Numbered from the stretch's first letter, positions 30,658 to 41,340 are shown. The stretch: 52,757 bases of DNA from Gloeobacterales cyanobacterium (GCA_038245785.1 JBBRSB010000034.1:1-52757), one strand, 5' to 3'. Notes: generated by a model from the sequence alone, not told the origin. Made by a program: numbers and translations.

Positions 30658-32124
30658 CTAACCAATGAACCCTATAGATTTATATCCGTTTCTTAGTTTC
30701 CGTTGGCTAACCACAATAGATCCTGGGTTATATCGTTCAGCCTTGGAAGGCTGCGGTAGGACTTTTCGATAAAGAATACGGGCGGGTTTAGCTCCATAAT
30801 CTAAGGTCCAATGTTTAGCAACATATACTTGTTGCCATCCTTGACTCGATAGTTCTGGCAGTCTTCGCAGTAGAGGGTAGACCGCTTGATATCGCTGATC
30901 TCCTACAATTACTACCCAGGCTGTATTTTGAGTCAGGTCCTGGTTGCCCCCGAAGATATGGCTTGGGGGCCAATGGCTGTAGTAGCTCACCAGCGGAGAA
31001 TCGGTAATCAGGTCGGTACCTTTTGCCTGTGAAGCATGTTGGGACAGCCATACACCAGCTAAAATGGAGGGCTGATTGAGTACAACCCACTTCGGCAGCA
31101 GAGAAAGATAGCTTTGATTCCACCCCCAGAGCAAAGGGATGGTCAGGCCCCATAATAAATCTCTAAAGCGTAAGGATAGGGAAGAGCTGCCAGCGCTACC
31201 CGTCATTAATAGGAGGGGTAAAAGGTTGAGGTAATAGCGAGAGCTTCCCGTAAGACGTCCTGTTCCGACCAGCCAAAGAATCAGCCCGAAGTAGCTTAGG
31301 CTCAGCAGAAAGTAACTTCCTGTCACGCTCAATCTCTTCTGGATAGTGGCTAACAATAAACCAAAGCTAGCGAAGATTAAAGGAATGGACAGGGGTTTCC
31401 AGGTGTAGTACCAAAGCTCTTTGATCCTTTGGTTAAAATCCCCTTGACCTGCTTGGTCGATAGCAGCCCATTGATGCGTTTGGTCTAGTGAACCGACGTT
31501 TTGCTGCCAGAGCCAGAGGATGACGAGTACTACGAGTGGGAAGATATAGGCTCGCTTTTTTTGGATTGCTCTGTAGACACCGTAGAGCACCACAATCGGC
31601 CAAGTTCCCCGGTCACTGAGGAGGGCTAGCGATAAGGCTAAGGCTGCCAGTTTTGGTTTGCGGTGTAGCGCGATGCCCAACGTTTGATAAAAAACGGCTA
31701 AGGGTTCTGTTACGGGCAAACTGCCTGTTAGTAACGTAATTGGATTGAGCCACCAGAGAAGGGCTGGGACCACTCCCCCTTGGCGCCAGAGAATAAGTCC
31801 TATGCATCCTGTTAAGAGGATAGAAAAAATCTCTAGGGCCTGAAGGTTATAGATGCCGGTCAAACCCAAAATTGCTGCACTAAAAAGGTGGTAGAGCGGC
31901 AGCCAACTCCTGAGATTATGGGTCAAGGGGTCTACGTACTGCCCCGTTTCCCACCAGCGGGCGCTGATCAGCCAGTGATGGTAGCTATCTTCCCAAGGAA
32001 TTCCCTGTTCCAGGCGTTGCTTCGCTAGCCAGAGATAGGCCCCCCAACCCGATATGAGCACGAGTGCAGTCAATAGGGAGCGGAGCGGGATAAAGCGGAA
32101 CGTTTTACTGAAAAGCGGAAGCAA
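30658..32124 (-). CDS. Polytopic membrane protein, GT-C-like glycosyltransferase
   Basis: WEDSYHH in the first loop, WLPLYH, TEPL, SRYYL; about 10 TM segments. Confidence 0.7.
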   Translation of the reverse strand: MLPLFSKTFRFIPLRSLLTALVLISGWGAYLWLAKQRLEQGIPWEDSYHHWLISARWWETGQYVDPLTHNLRSWLPLYHLFSAAILGLTGIYNLQALEIFSILLTGCIGLILWRQGGVVPALLWWLNPITLLTGSLPVTEPLAVFYQTLGIALHRKPKLAALALSLALLSDRGTWPIVVLYGVYRAIQKKRAYIFPLVVLVILWLWQQNVGSLDQTHQWAAIDQAGQGDFNQRIKELWYYTWKPLSIPLIFASFGLLLATIQKRLSVTGSYFLLSLSYFGLILWLVGTGRLTGSSRYYLNLLPLLLMTGSAGSSSLSLRFRDLLWGLTIPLLWGWNQSYLSLLPKWVVLNQPSILAGVWLSQHASQAKGTDLITDSPLVSYYSHWPPSHIFGGNQDLTQNTAWVVIVGDQRYQAVYPLLRRLPELSSQGWQQVYVAKHWTLDYGAKPARILYRKVLPQPSKAERYNPGSIVVSQRKLRNGYKSIGFIG

Positions 32125-32243
32125 AGAGAGAGACGTGCGGTATGTCGTACATTTTAGGGGCTGCGAATCTTAAAAAGTTGCGATGGTGACTTCATGAGCA
32201 GGAAGTCTTGGCTAGGCTGTGAACAGTTTAGGTATTTATTGCC

Positions 32244-32927
32244 ATGATTCAACGACTTCTCACCGCAGGTCTAATCGGTTATGTCTATGGGAAACGTTCT
32301 GCTGACCCTGCCCGTAGGCCCAATCTACTGGCTGCACTCTCTCTTCAGGAAGAACGAGGGGGTGAAACCTTAGCCCAGATTCTAGAAGTGAAACAGCAAG
32401 AAATTCCTGACTGGCTCTATCCGCTACTGGAACGACATATCCAAGATGAAGCTCGTCATGCTCGGATCTTTGCGCGGGCGGTGGAGCACGAAGGCTATCG
32501 CATCGATCGAGAAGGCACCTATGCTCAAAAAGTTTTAGAAGCGGTGGGAGAAGGTTCGACTATCCATTTTCATCAGGCGGAAAGCTTGGCGGAAATTCCT
32601 CTTCCTCGTCTGCTAGCAGGCATTCTTTTGGCCGAGGAAGGAGGAGTGCGTTTGTTCAAAGTGCTGATCCGTTCTCTACCCCAGGAGCTTACAGCTACAC
32701 GGGCGGGGGTCCAGTCTATTTTGCAAGATGAAATTCGCCATGTTCGTTATTTAAATGAGACGCTCCAACGCTTGGGCGATACTCAGTTAGTGGAAGAGTT
32801 TCGTCAGCGGATGCTACAACAGATATTGGCTGATTTTGGCAAGATTTTTGAGCGTATGCGTAAAAATGAGGAAGGAACGTTAGTGCAGCCCTTTAATACC
32901 CTGCCCACCATGACTACTGCTGCCTAA
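32244..32927 (+). CDS. Ferritin-like di-iron domain protein
   Basis: QEE...DEARH and AEE...DEIRH paired motifs. Confidence 0.85.
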   Translation: MIQRLLTAGLIGYVYGKRSADPARRPNLLAALSLQEERGGETLAQILEVKQQEIPDWLYPLLERHIQDEARHARIFARAVEHEGYRIDREGTYAQKVLEAVGEGSTIHFHQAESLAEIPLPRLLAGILLAEEGGVRLFKVLIRSLPQELTATRAGVQSILQDEIRHVRYLNETLQRLGDTQLVEEFRQRMLQQILADFGKIFERMRKNEEGTLVQPFNTLPTMTTAA

Positions 32928-33009
32928 ATTGACATAGTGTATTTGGCTACGAGCAATGCTACTATTAACTTGGTTCTGATACTACGCACGCTAACTATTT
33001 AATACATTT

Positions 33010-33483
33010 ATGAAATCAGCGGCCCCAACTTCTAAACAAGAATTTCTAGAACAGTGGCATGATGTCTTAGCCCCTTATGCTTTGGGCTATCGGATAAAAT
33101 TTCTGGCGCAGCTGGCCTCTCGCCGATTTCAAGAAAAATTGGAACCTTTTGGGCTCACCCCGTTTCATTGGGTTGTCTTGTGTTGCCTTTGGGCAGAAGA
33201 TGGTCTGCCTACTTCTACTATTTGTGGCAAACTCCAGCAGGTGGGAGGCACGCTCACAGGCGTTCTAGACCGTATGGAAGAGCGGAACCTGATTCGCCGA
33301 GAGCGGGACACACAAGACCGCAGGATTTGGCGTATTTGGCTTACTGAAGAGGGTAATCGCCTCAAAGAAGTGCTTCCCGCCATTGCTAGAGACCTTATTG
33401 AACAATCTTGGGGTGAGATTCCCGAAGCGGACCGACAACATTTTTCTCGGACGCTAGACCAGATTATTGCCAACATTACCTAA
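33010..33483 (+). CDS. MarR-family regulator
   Basis: GLTPFHWVVLCCLW.EDG, GGTLTGVLDRMEER.LIRRERD..DRRIWRIWLT. Confidence 0.95.
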   Translation: MKSAAPTSKQEFLEQWHDVLAPYALGYRIKFLAQLASRRFQEKLEPFGLTPFHWVVLCCLWAEDGLPTSTICGKLQQVGGTLTGVLDRMEERNLIRRERDTQDRRIWRIWLTEEGNRLKEVLPAIARDLIEQSWGEIPEADRQHFSRTLDQIIANIT

Positions 33484-33488
33484 GACAG

Positions 33489-33545
33489 TTGACAGTCCCT
33501 TTGAACGCCTATATATTTTGCTCATATACTACGTGTACGAAATAA
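33489..33545 (+). promoter_or_regulatory. Sigma70 promoter of emrAB with a probable MarR operator
   Basis: TTGACA (33489-33494), N17, TATATT (33512-33517). ATACTACG at 33526 also occurs at 32979 upstream of marR. Confidence 0.65.
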
Positions 33546-33598
33546 AAGAGCCCTAACAATTTCTATCCTGTTCTTTCTCGCAAACTCACGGAGTACTT

Positions 33599-35041
33599 TT
33601 GATGGAACGTACTGATGGCGCTAATACATTGACTGAAACAGAAAGCTCTTTAGGCGGTGAAGAATCTACAGAAGTCTCTACAAGAGGATCAGGAGCTTCA
33701 ACAAGCCTGAAGCCAGCCAGAACAGAAAAGTCAGAGAGAACTGAAGCAAAGCCAGCACCTTTTGTAGTGACTCGGCCTAGAGAAGTTGACTTGCCTGAGA
33801 CCGCACCTCCTAAAGCTCAGCGTTCGTCGATCCGTAAGCCTCTGTTTTTTGCTGCTCTGGGCGTCGGTGTCGTGGCGGCTAGCATTGCGGGCTACCACTG
33901 GTGGCAGTACAGTACGACTCATGAAGATACAGACAATGCGACGCTCATTGGCCATGTTCTTCCTCTCAGTGCCCGTATCAATGGAACCGTTCAATCCGTT
34001 TTAGTCCAGGACAATCAGATCGTGAAAACGGGCGCTCCGTTGGTCAAATTGGACAATAAAGACGAGCAAATAAAGCTTCAATCGGCACAGTCGGCTTTAG
34101 AAGTTGCTCAACGGCAAGCGAATACGGCTTTATCCAATATTGCCCTCGCAAAGGGACGAGCAGGGGCGCAAGCGCTCCAGGCAAAAGGTGGTGTGGCTGG
34201 AGCAACGGCCTCTATTTCCTCAGCCCAAGCCGCAGTATTAGAAGCGCGTACAGGAATTCCCGTGGCACGAGCCCAGCTGGCTCAAGCCAAAGCCAATTTT
34301 AAAAAGGCTGAACTGGATTACAACCGCTACCGAGCTCTGGTCCAAGATGGAGCGATTGCCCGTCAACAGTTAGATAGTGCCAAGGCGGCCTACGATGTAG
34401 CCCGCTCTGGTCAAGATGCCGCCCAATTGGGAGTCATTCAAGCAGGATCAAGACTCGCTCAAGCACAGGACAAGGTTGCAACAGCCCAAGCAGCGCTAGC
34501 CCAATCCCAAGGAACCCTAGAAGATGCTGGAGCGACTGCTCTGCAAACCAATGTCCGCCAGAATGAGTATGCGGCAGCCCGAGCTGCTGTGGATCAGGCA
34601 AGAGTTGCCCTGAGAAATGCCCAACTCCAACTTTCTTATACCAAGATCACGGCTCCCAGCAGTGGGCGGATCGGTCGTAAATCTGTAGAGGTGGGCCAGC
34701 GGGTCCAGCCGGGGCAACCCCTCTTGGCCATTGTCGAAAATCAAGTTTGGGTGGTGGCTAACTTTAAGGAAACCCAGCTGGAGCGGATGCGCCCAGGCCA
34801 GGAAACCGAGGTCAAACTAGATGCGCTGCCAAGTCATGTATTTAAGGGCAGGGTAGACAGTCTTGCTCCTGCTTCAGGCGCTCAATTCTCCCTACTTCCT
34901 CCCGATAATGCTACGGGAAATTTCACTAAGATTGTGCAGCGGATTCCAGTGAAGGTTGTGCTAGAGCCACAGAGTACTAAAGGCTATGAATCTTTGCTTA
35001 CCCCTGGCATGTCAGCGGTCGTCAGCGTCGCGGTCAAATAG
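33599..35041 (+). CDS. emrA: EmrA/HlyD-family membrane fusion protein
   Basis: TDNA, V.DNQ.VK.G..L..LD, WVVANFKETQL..MRPGQ, LLPPDNATGNFTKIVQRIPVK. Confidence 0.93.
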   Translation: MMERTDGANTLTETESSLGGEESTEVSTRGSGASTSLKPARTEKSERTEAKPAPFVVTRPREVDLPETAPPKAQRSSIRKPLFFAALGVGVVAASIAGYHWWQYSTTHEDTDNATLIGHVLPLSARINGTVQSVLVQDNQIVKTGAPLVKLDNKDEQIKLQSAQSALEVAQRQANTALSNIALAKGRAGAQALQAKGGVAGATASISSAQAAVLEARTGIPVARAQLAQAKANFKKAELDYNRYRALVQDGAIARQQLDSAKAAYDVARSGQDAAQLGVIQAGSRLAQAQDKVATAQAALAQSQGTLEDAGATALQTNVRQNEYAAARAAVDQARVALRNAQLQLSYTKITAPSSGRIGRKSVEVGQRVQPGQPLLAIVENQVWVVANFKETQLERMRPGQETEVKLDALPSHVFKGRVDSLAPASGAQFSLLPPDNATGNFTKIVQRIPVKVVLEPQSTKGYESLLTPGMSAVVSVAVK

Positions 35042-35050
35042 GAGGTCTGG

Positions 35051-36649
35051 ATGAGTGGAAGTAGCGTTCTAGCCCCGAACCCAGTTTCTAAACTGCCCGT
35101 TGACTATGTACCGCTGAAGACTTGGATCTCCGTAGCAGGCGTTTTGCTTGGGGCCTTCATGGCTATTCTGGATATTCAAATCACCAATTCATCCTTGAAA
35201 GATATCCAGGGGTCCTTAAGTGCCACTTTAGAAGAAGGCTCTTGGATCTCAACGGCCTACCTGGTGGCTGAAATCGTCGTCATTCCTTTAACTGGCTGGC
35301 TAGCAATAGTTTTTTCCAAGCGGCTCTATCTTCTTGTCAATGCTGCGCTCTTCGTTTTCTTCTCTATTTGCTGTGCCAATGCCTGGGATCTAAATTCGAT
35401 GATTGCGTTTCGGGCACTGCAAGGCTTCAGCGGTGGCGTCTTGATTCCGATGGCCTTCACGATCATGCTGACGACGCTCCCTGCGACTAAGCGTGCTGTC
35501 GGATTGGCCCTCTTTGGTTTGACTGCGACCTTCGCTCCTACCATTGGACCAACGCTGGGTGGGTGGCTTACTGAAACCTATGGCTGGGAATATATCTTTT
35601 ATCTAAATGTAGTTCCTGGAGCACTATTACTGGCTTCGGTCTGGTTCACGATGGAGCAAGAGCCTCTAAACTTGGGCTTACTCAAGAAGGGCGATTGGTG
35701 GGGTATTTTGTCCATGATTCTTGGGCTTGGCTCCCTGCAAATCGTGTTGGAAGAGGGTAGTCGCAAGGACTGGTTTGGTTCGGAGCTCATTGTGCGTTTG
35801 GCGGTAGTGGCCGTTGTTTTCTTGACCCTGTTTTTCTGGATTGAATTTACCCGCAAAGAGCCCTTTATCAATTTGCGTCTTATAGGCATGAGGAATTTTG
35901 GACTGGGTAGTATTGTCAATCTGGCGCTGGGCCTTGGTCTCTATGGTTCGGTCTATATCTTGCCGCTGTACCTTGCCCAAGTCCAAGGATACAACTCGAT
36001 GCAAATTGGTCAGGTAATCATGTGGGCTGGTATTCCTCAGCTATTTATCATTCCTTTTTTGCCCTGGCTGACCAAGCGCTTCGATATCCGGGTACTGGTT
36101 GGCATAGGCGTCTCTTTGTTTGCCCTTAGTTGTTTCATGAATGCAGGCATGACCAATTTGACGGGCGCTGACCAATTGCAGTGGTCTCAAATCGTTCGGG
36201 CTTTAGGCCAACCCTTAATTATTACGCCTCTATCTTCGATAGCGACTTCGGAGATCGCGATGGGGAGTAAAGACAGTGGTTCCGCCTCTGGCCTATTTAA
36301 CATGACCCGTAATTTGGGAGGGTCGCTAGGTATTGCCTGTCTCTCTACGCTGCTTACCCAGCGAGAACAGTTCCATTCTAATCGACTGGGTGAAAGTGTC
36401 TCTCTTTATAGCCCCCAAACTCAAGAACGCATTGAGCAGATGACTCAAGCTTTCATGAATAGAGGCATCAATGCCTATACAGCTCATGACCAAGCTATTG
36501 CGACGATTGGGAATCTGGTCCGTCGAGAAGCCTATGTCATGGCTTTTAATGATTGCTTCTATTTCATCGGGATGGGTTTGCTTTTGAGTGGTGTCGCCAT
36601 CTTCTTTTTGAAGAAAGTGACGATTGCTGGTGGAGGTGGAGCGCACTAA
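35051..36649 (+). CDS. emrB: DHA2/EmrB-family MFS efflux permease
   Basis: GAFMAILDIQITNSSL, WISTAYLVAE, FRALQG..GG, APTIGPTLGGWLT, RNLGGS.G. Confidence 0.93.
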   Translation: MSGSSVLAPNPVSKLPVDYVPLKTWISVAGVLLGAFMAILDIQITNSSLKDIQGSLSATLEEGSWISTAYLVAEIVVIPLTGWLAIVFSKRLYLLVNAALFVFFSICCANAWDLNSMIAFRALQGFSGGVLIPMAFTIMLTTLPATKRAVGLALFGLTATFAPTIGPTLGGWLTETYGWEYIFYLNVVPGALLLASVWFTMEQEPLNLGLLKKGDWWGILSMILGLGSLQIVLEEGSRKDWFGSELIVRLAVVAVVFLTLFFWIEFTRKEPFINLRLIGMRNFGLGSIVNLALGLGLYGSVYILPLYLAQVQGYNSMQIGQVIMWAGIPQLFIIPFLPWLTKRFDIRVLVGIGVSLFALSCFMNAGMTNLTGADQLQWSQIVRALGQPLIITPLSSIATSEIAMGSKDSGSASGLFNMTRNLGGSLGIACLSTLLTQREQFHSNRLGESVSLYSPQTQERIEQMTQAFMNRGINAYTAHDQAIATIGNLVRREAYVMAFNDCFYFIGMGLLLSGVAIFFLKKVTIAGGGGAH

Positions 36650-36679
36650 CGTGCTTGTCCCTATTTAGGAATTAAGTCT

Positions 36680-36871
36680 ATGAAAAGAGCTAAAAAAGTC
36701 GTATCTTACTCCCTTAAAAATATTCTTACCCCACAAGAGTATGAAATGATCAGGGCTGTAGCTATTCGGAATCATGCAGAACATCAGCTACCTATGATTG
36801 CTTGGGCTATGGCTTTGGTGAGTTTGGACCAGTTGGATGCCCTCCTAGAGAGTCAAGCTGAGACAAACTAG
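36680..36871 (+). CDS. DUF2949-like small protein
   Basis: LPMIAWAMALVSLDQL matches the cyanobacterial LPMILWQYGLV.L.QL pattern. Confidence 0.7.
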   Translation: MKRAKKVVSYSLKNILTPQEYEMIRAVAIRNHAEHQLPMIAWAMALVSLDQLDALLESQAETN

Positions 36872-37731
36872 TGAAGAACGTTCAGTAAATATTGAACTTT
36901 GCGGTTTTGTCGCTGCTGCCAGCGATCAGGAAATCTTAATTCAAGTACAGAATGATGGTTTCCCTCAGAGACGATAGAGATTATTTGAGCTAAGAGACGC
37001 TGGGAAGGTATTGCATTTTCTTGCTTGAATAGTAGACCCACAGGCATCAAACGCTTGATTCCTTGAATCCTTTCATTCATTTCTACGCGGATACTCTGGG
37101 TCCCTATTTCAGTAGCGCTGCCTCTGTATAGTTGGTTATTCCAGTGGACTTCTACAGCGGTATAGATGGGTCTGCGGCTTAAATCTTCCATGGGAAAAGG
37201 AATTTGAGCGCTCTGAGCAGGCTGTCGCCTACGGATTCGGGAAGACTTTTGCTGAAGGGAACAACTAGCCCCAACGACTAGGACGAGAGCAAAAGTTAAA
37301 GGGGGAAACCAGTTATGCAGAGTAGCATCAAAAGCTTTGGTGAGAGAAACAGAGCCTAGGGTCATTGTGCCCATCGTTTCCGGGCTAGATGATGGACGGA
37401 CCTGTTTGCGAGAACGTTTAGGATGGAGTCTCTCTTGGAAATAGAGATCAAGGGCAGTGGACGGTGCTCGATTTTCAAAACAGGCTATTGCTGCCTCAGG
37501 CGGTCTACAGGAACGGTCATGAACAGTGTAGGAGGGAGCCGATAAGCGACTAGACCAAGCGGGTTGCGTACAAGCTAACCATAGAAGAATAGACAGTCCT
37601 TGATACCACCATGGATTTTTGGCTTGAATAGAGAATGGAGAGAACGGGGTGCAGTGCACAGGGATATAACCCTTCCCATACAGCGGTATTGGCGGTAATG
37701 TACTTACACCTATAGAGTTCCCTTGGGCCAT
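36868..37731 (-). CDS. Membrane protein with C-terminal PilZ-like beta-barrel
   Basis: TM segment, then AVEVHW....YRG....I....IRVE, PVGLL, RLLAQI, LELRFP. Canonical c-di-GMP motifs are degenerate; start uncertain. Confidence 0.6.
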   Translation of the reverse strand: MAQGNSIGVSTLPPIPLYGKGYIPVHCTPFSPFSIQAKNPWWYQGLSILLWLACTQPAWSSRLSAPSYTVHDRSCRPPEAAIACFENRAPSTALDLYFQERLHPKRSRKQVRPSSSPETMGTMTLGSVSLTKAFDATLHNWFPPLTFALVLVVGASCSLQQKSSRIRRRQPAQSAQIPFPMEDLSRRPIYTAVEVHWNNQLYRGSATEIGTQSIRVEMNERIQGIKRLMPVGLLFKQENAIPSQRLLAQIISIVSEGNHHSVLELRFPDRWQQRQNRKVQYLLNVLH

Positions 37732-37809
37732 GAATTACTTGCATAGAAAAGAAATGTTTTGACCTAAATCTTCCTTTTTCGCATAACGTAAACAAACAAC
37801 CCAGAGCCT

Positions 37810-38175
37810 ATGCCTAAATCTTTGCCGAAGAACTTATTCATCCGCCCACTTCTTCTTTCCAGCACCACCTTCTCAGTCCTGGCACTATTTTTTGTGATTC
37901 TGAATGGCTTCATGAGTTTTCCAAGAACCTCTATTTGGATAGGGAGCTACGCCGTTTTTGGATTTATTGTTAGTTTGTTGCTTGGCATGCTCTATCTCGA
38001 CTGGTTATGGAAAAGTCAGTATATGCAACAAGTCGATGAAATTAAAAAGCTGAAAAGAGAGTTGGAAGTCCAACGCCGTCAAGCCGAAGACTCCACCATG
38101 TCAGAATCCCAACTAGAGTCTATGGGACTAGATTATTTTCTCAAAGAAGATGCTTTTCCAACATCTGAGTCTTAG
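37810..38175 (+). CDS. Hypothetical membrane protein (2 TM plus coiled coil)
   Basis: Two hydrophobic segments followed by QQVDEIKKLKRELEVQRR. Confidence 0.7.
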   Translation: MPKSLPKNLFIRPLLLSSTTFSVLALFFVILNGFMSFPRTSIWIGSYAVFGFIVSLLLGMLYLDWLWKSQYMQQVDEIKKLKRELEVQRRQAEDSTMSESQLESMGLDYFLKEDAFPTSES

Positions 38176-38201
38176 CATAAAAGTTCTAGAAGACTTCAGC
38201 T

Positions 38202-39011
38202 CTATTGGTTTAACTCTTCATGGAACTTTGCTACATCAATAGTTGGCTTTGGCCATTGAGGATTCATATCTTGTAAAGTTTTCTCAACCACATCGGCAAC
38301 GAGCAGATTGCGATACCATTTGTGGTTGGCCGGGATAATATGCCAAGGTGCTATTTTCGTGCTGCATTCAGATAGCATCGCTTCATACGCTTCTATATAA
38401 TTATCCCATAGCTGACGTTCTGCAAAGTCACTAGGGGCTAGCTTCCAGTGCTTCTCGGGTTTGTCTATCCGTTCCTGGAGTCTTCGCTTTTGTTCATCTT
38501 TAGAAATGTACAAAAAGAATTTCAGGATGCGCGTACCGCTTTCAACCAGCAGTTCTTCAAATTCATTGATTTGGCTATAGCGATACTTGGATATTTTCTC
38601 CGGCACTAATTGGTGGACCCGTGTAATAAGTACATCTTCATAATGAGAGCGATTGAAGACAGTAATGTGACCTTTCGCCGGGACATGTTGATGAATTCGC
38701 CAGAGGAAGTCATGGGCTAATTCTTCGGGAGTTGGAGATTTAAAACTGACTACATTACACCCCTGCGGGTTAAGCCCTCCCATGACATGTTTGATCGTTC
38801 CGTCTTTGCCTCCCGTATCCATTCCCTGGAGGACAATAAGTAGCGCTTGTTGGCTTTCAGCGTAAAGGCGTTCCTGAAGTACGTACATGCTATCCAAGTC
38901 TTCTTGAAGCTTAGACATTACTTTCGGGTCATCTTTACTGTAGCTATCGTGCTCGTCGGGATTAATTTCTTTCAGGCTAACCCGACTACCTGGTTTGACA
39001 AGAGTGTTCAT
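38202..39011 (-). CDS. ppk2: Polyphosphate kinase 2 family (polyP:nucleotide phosphotransferase)
   Basis: [42 protein letters not shown]. Confidence 0.95.
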   Translation of the reverse strand: MNTLVKPGSRVSLKEINPDEHDSYSKDDPKVMSKLQEDLDSMYVLQERLYAESQQALLIVLQGMDTGGKDGTIKHVMGGLNPQGCNVVSFKSPTPEELAHDFLWRIHQHVPAKGHITVFNRSHYEDVLITRVHQLVPEKISKYRYSQINEFEELLVESGTRILKFFLYISKDEQKRRLQERIDKPEKHWKLAPSDFAERQLWDNYIEAYEAMLSECSTKIAPWHIIPANHKWYRNLLVADVVEKTLQDMNPQWPKPTIDVAKFHEELNQ

Positions 39012-39979
39012 AAGAATAGGCGAATGACGGAATCTACAGCCATAGCAGCAAAAAGCAACATTAAGTAGAGAATCGAGAACTTAAAGACAACGCGTGCCTC
39101 TTGCTTATCATCAGGGAAGCTCAAGAGTCTCCAGGAATGAGCAATAAAGAGGACTCCGAGAATGCTTGCTGAAATGGCGTAGAACACCCCCATCGTCCCT
39201 AAAGGGTAGAGCATCAGGGTTACTGGTACCATCAGCCAGGTATAGAGCAAAATCTGCTTGACCGTTTCTTGTGTGCCTCTTACCACAGGCAGCATCGGCA
39301 CGCCTGCTTTGCGGTAGTCATCCCGAAGCATGAGGGCCAAGGCCCAGAAGTGGGGAGGGGTCCAGAGAAAAATAATTCCGAACAGCACCCAGGCAGAAGG
39401 ACTTAAATCTCCTGTGACAGCAGCCCAACCTACGAGCGGGGGAATCGCCCCAGCGGCTCCTCCGATCACTATGTTTTGCGGGGTCGTACGCTTGAGGCCA
39501 AGGGTGTAGATGAAGACATAGGACAAGATTCCCGAGAGCGCCAACCAAGCACTGAGCTGGTTAATAAATACAGCTAGTAGAGCAAAGGAAAGGACTCCGA
39601 GGATGCTTCCAAAAATCAGGGCTTGGTAGGGCTTAATCCGACCAGAAGGCAAAGGACGGCTGCGGGTACGCTCCATGATGTAATCGATATCTCGGTCGAT
39701 AACACAGTTGAAGGTATTGGCTGAAGCAGATGCCAAAGTGCCTCCGAGCAGCGTCAGCAATAATTGATGCCAGGGCACGAGCCCTTTACCAGCAATCCAC
39801 ATCGCTCCGGCTGTAGTAATCAGCAAAAGGGTGATAATCCGGGGCTTGGTCAACTGAACGTAGTCTGCTATGGTTGCCCCCATTCCTGAGGGAGCCGATA
39901 TGACCTGCGACTGAGGAACTTCAGTGCTTGGAGATAGGCTAGATAACTTATTCACAGGGGAATTCCTTCTTAAAAGCAT
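39008..39979 (-). CDS. ctaB: Heme o synthase (protoheme IX farnesyltransferase)
   Basis: [50 protein letters not shown]. Confidence 0.97.
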   Translation of the reverse strand: MLLRRNSPVNKLSSLSPSTEVPQSQVISAPSGMGATIADYVQLTKPRIITLLLITTAGAMWIAGKGLVPWHQLLLTLLGGTLASASANTFNCVIDRDIDYIMERTRSRPLPSGRIKPYQALIFGSILGVLSFALLAVFINQLSAWLALSGILSYVFIYTLGLKRTTPQNIVIGGAAGAIPPLVGWAAVTGDLSPSAWVLFGIIFLWTPPHFWALALMLRDDYRKAGVPMLPVVRGTQETVKQILLYTWLMVPVTLMLYPLGTMGVFYAISASILGVLFIAHSWRLLSFPDDKQEARVVFKFSILYLMLLFAAMAVDSVIRLFL

Positions 39980-39985
39980 TCGATG

Positions 39986-40894
39986 TTAAGCGGATAAAGC
40001 ATGGCGTTCACGCCATGTGAACACAACTAAAGCGACTAAGGTCGCGACCAAGGTGACCCCGGTGATCAGGTGAGCCACGGTAATAAGCGGAGCGGTGAGC
40101 TGTACTTTAAAAGCTGTCACTCCCCAAATTATCTGGAGGACCAATAGTCCAACCGCAAAAAAACTTAAACGACGAATTTGAAGAGGGTAGGTCTTCATCC
40201 GCCAAGCTGTAAGCCCAAGGAGAAGAACCGTCAAAGTGGTAGGGACTACGCCGAAAAGATGATTGTTCATGATGTGGCAGAGGATGCCATCGCCCATACA
40301 ACTCTGTAAAGCCCACTGGGAAGCGACCAAACCACCCAGAATCACCTGCATATAGCTGCATAAAGCGGCAACGATAGATAGCCCCAGCAAGGGTCCCTTG
40401 TTACCTGTAGCCTGAAAAGGAGTAAGGGAAGCAGCTAAACCGACCAGAATCAACAGAAAGAGGGTGGCCGTGCCTAGATGAGCCGTCACAATGTCAAACC
40501 GTAGCGATTGGGTAACCGTCAGTCCTCCCAAGACGCCCTGAAAGAGGACGGTCCCCAAAGCCAAGCTTGTCCAGAAGAGTACTCCTTTAGGGAGCTGTTC
40601 TCTAGTCCACCATGAGAATCCAAATAAGAATAGGGTCACTACTCCAATCGTAGTGGCGATCACTCGGTGAAACCACTCCAAAAACACTTGGAGATTCATC
40701 TCTGGAAAGAGTGTGCCGAAGCATAGAGGCCAATCAGGACAAGATAGTCCCGCGTTCATCACACGGGTCATACCGCCGAGGCCCATCAGCAAGATTACCG
40801 AAGGCACCAAGGCGTAGAGCAAAATACGGACTGCGTTAACGGGAGAAAACTTCGCTGCTGACTGCCATTGAAGAGGAACCCGAGAGAAATTCAT
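39986..40894 (-). CDS. ctaA: Heme a synthase
   Basis: TRVMNAGLSCPDWPLCFG, LEWFHR, IVTAHL. Confidence 0.95.
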   Translation of the reverse strand: MNFSRVPLQWQSAAKFSPVNAVRILLYALVPSVILLMGLGGMTRVMNAGLSCPDWPLCFGTLFPEMNLQVFLEWFHRVIATTIGVVTLFLFGFSWWTREQLPKGVLFWTSLALGTVLFQGVLGGLTVTQSLRFDIVTAHLGTATLFLLILVGLAASLTPFQATGNKGPLLGLSIVAALCSYMQVILGGLVASQWALQSCMGDGILCHIMNNHLFGVVPTTLTVLLLGLTAWRMKTYPLQIRRLSFFAVGLLVLQIIWGVTAFKVQLTAPLITVAHLITGVTLVATLVALVVFTWRERHALSA

Positions 40895-41340
40895 GTGTAA
40901 ACCCTGTGTTATGCAGTGTGAGGGGTGGATTTAAATTGGGCCACAGGCATAAGGAATCGCCGTAAATCGTTATGTATTAATGTTCCAAGTCTAAATAGGT
41001 TGTTAACCTGTAGGAACAAAGTTTTATGTTTTCTTCCGAAAACAAGCGAAATGTAAACTTATGTCGTGATTTGTAAAGCAATCTATTGATTTAACTTTTG
41101 TTTGATTTGGTTACCTGCCTAGCTTCTTGGGGTAAGAAATAGCCTGAAGAAATGCAAAATGGGACTGCTGAATTCTGCATAGATCGCCACTAGTGGGATC
41201 CCTGTCAATTGAGCTTGTAAAGCGGGATCACGCAAATCTGAAAAAAAGGCTAAGCATGCCTATCCTGCCCCCTAGTTCAGATTATGTTGGCTTGATAGGC
41301 AAATATTTTAAATAATTGCATTTGGGAGCCTCGGTAAAAC

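Noticed and set aside
20514..32982. 12-bp match TGGTTCTGATAC near 20514 and at 32971
   Set aside because: Short, does not extend, and does not bound a coherent element; compatible with chance.
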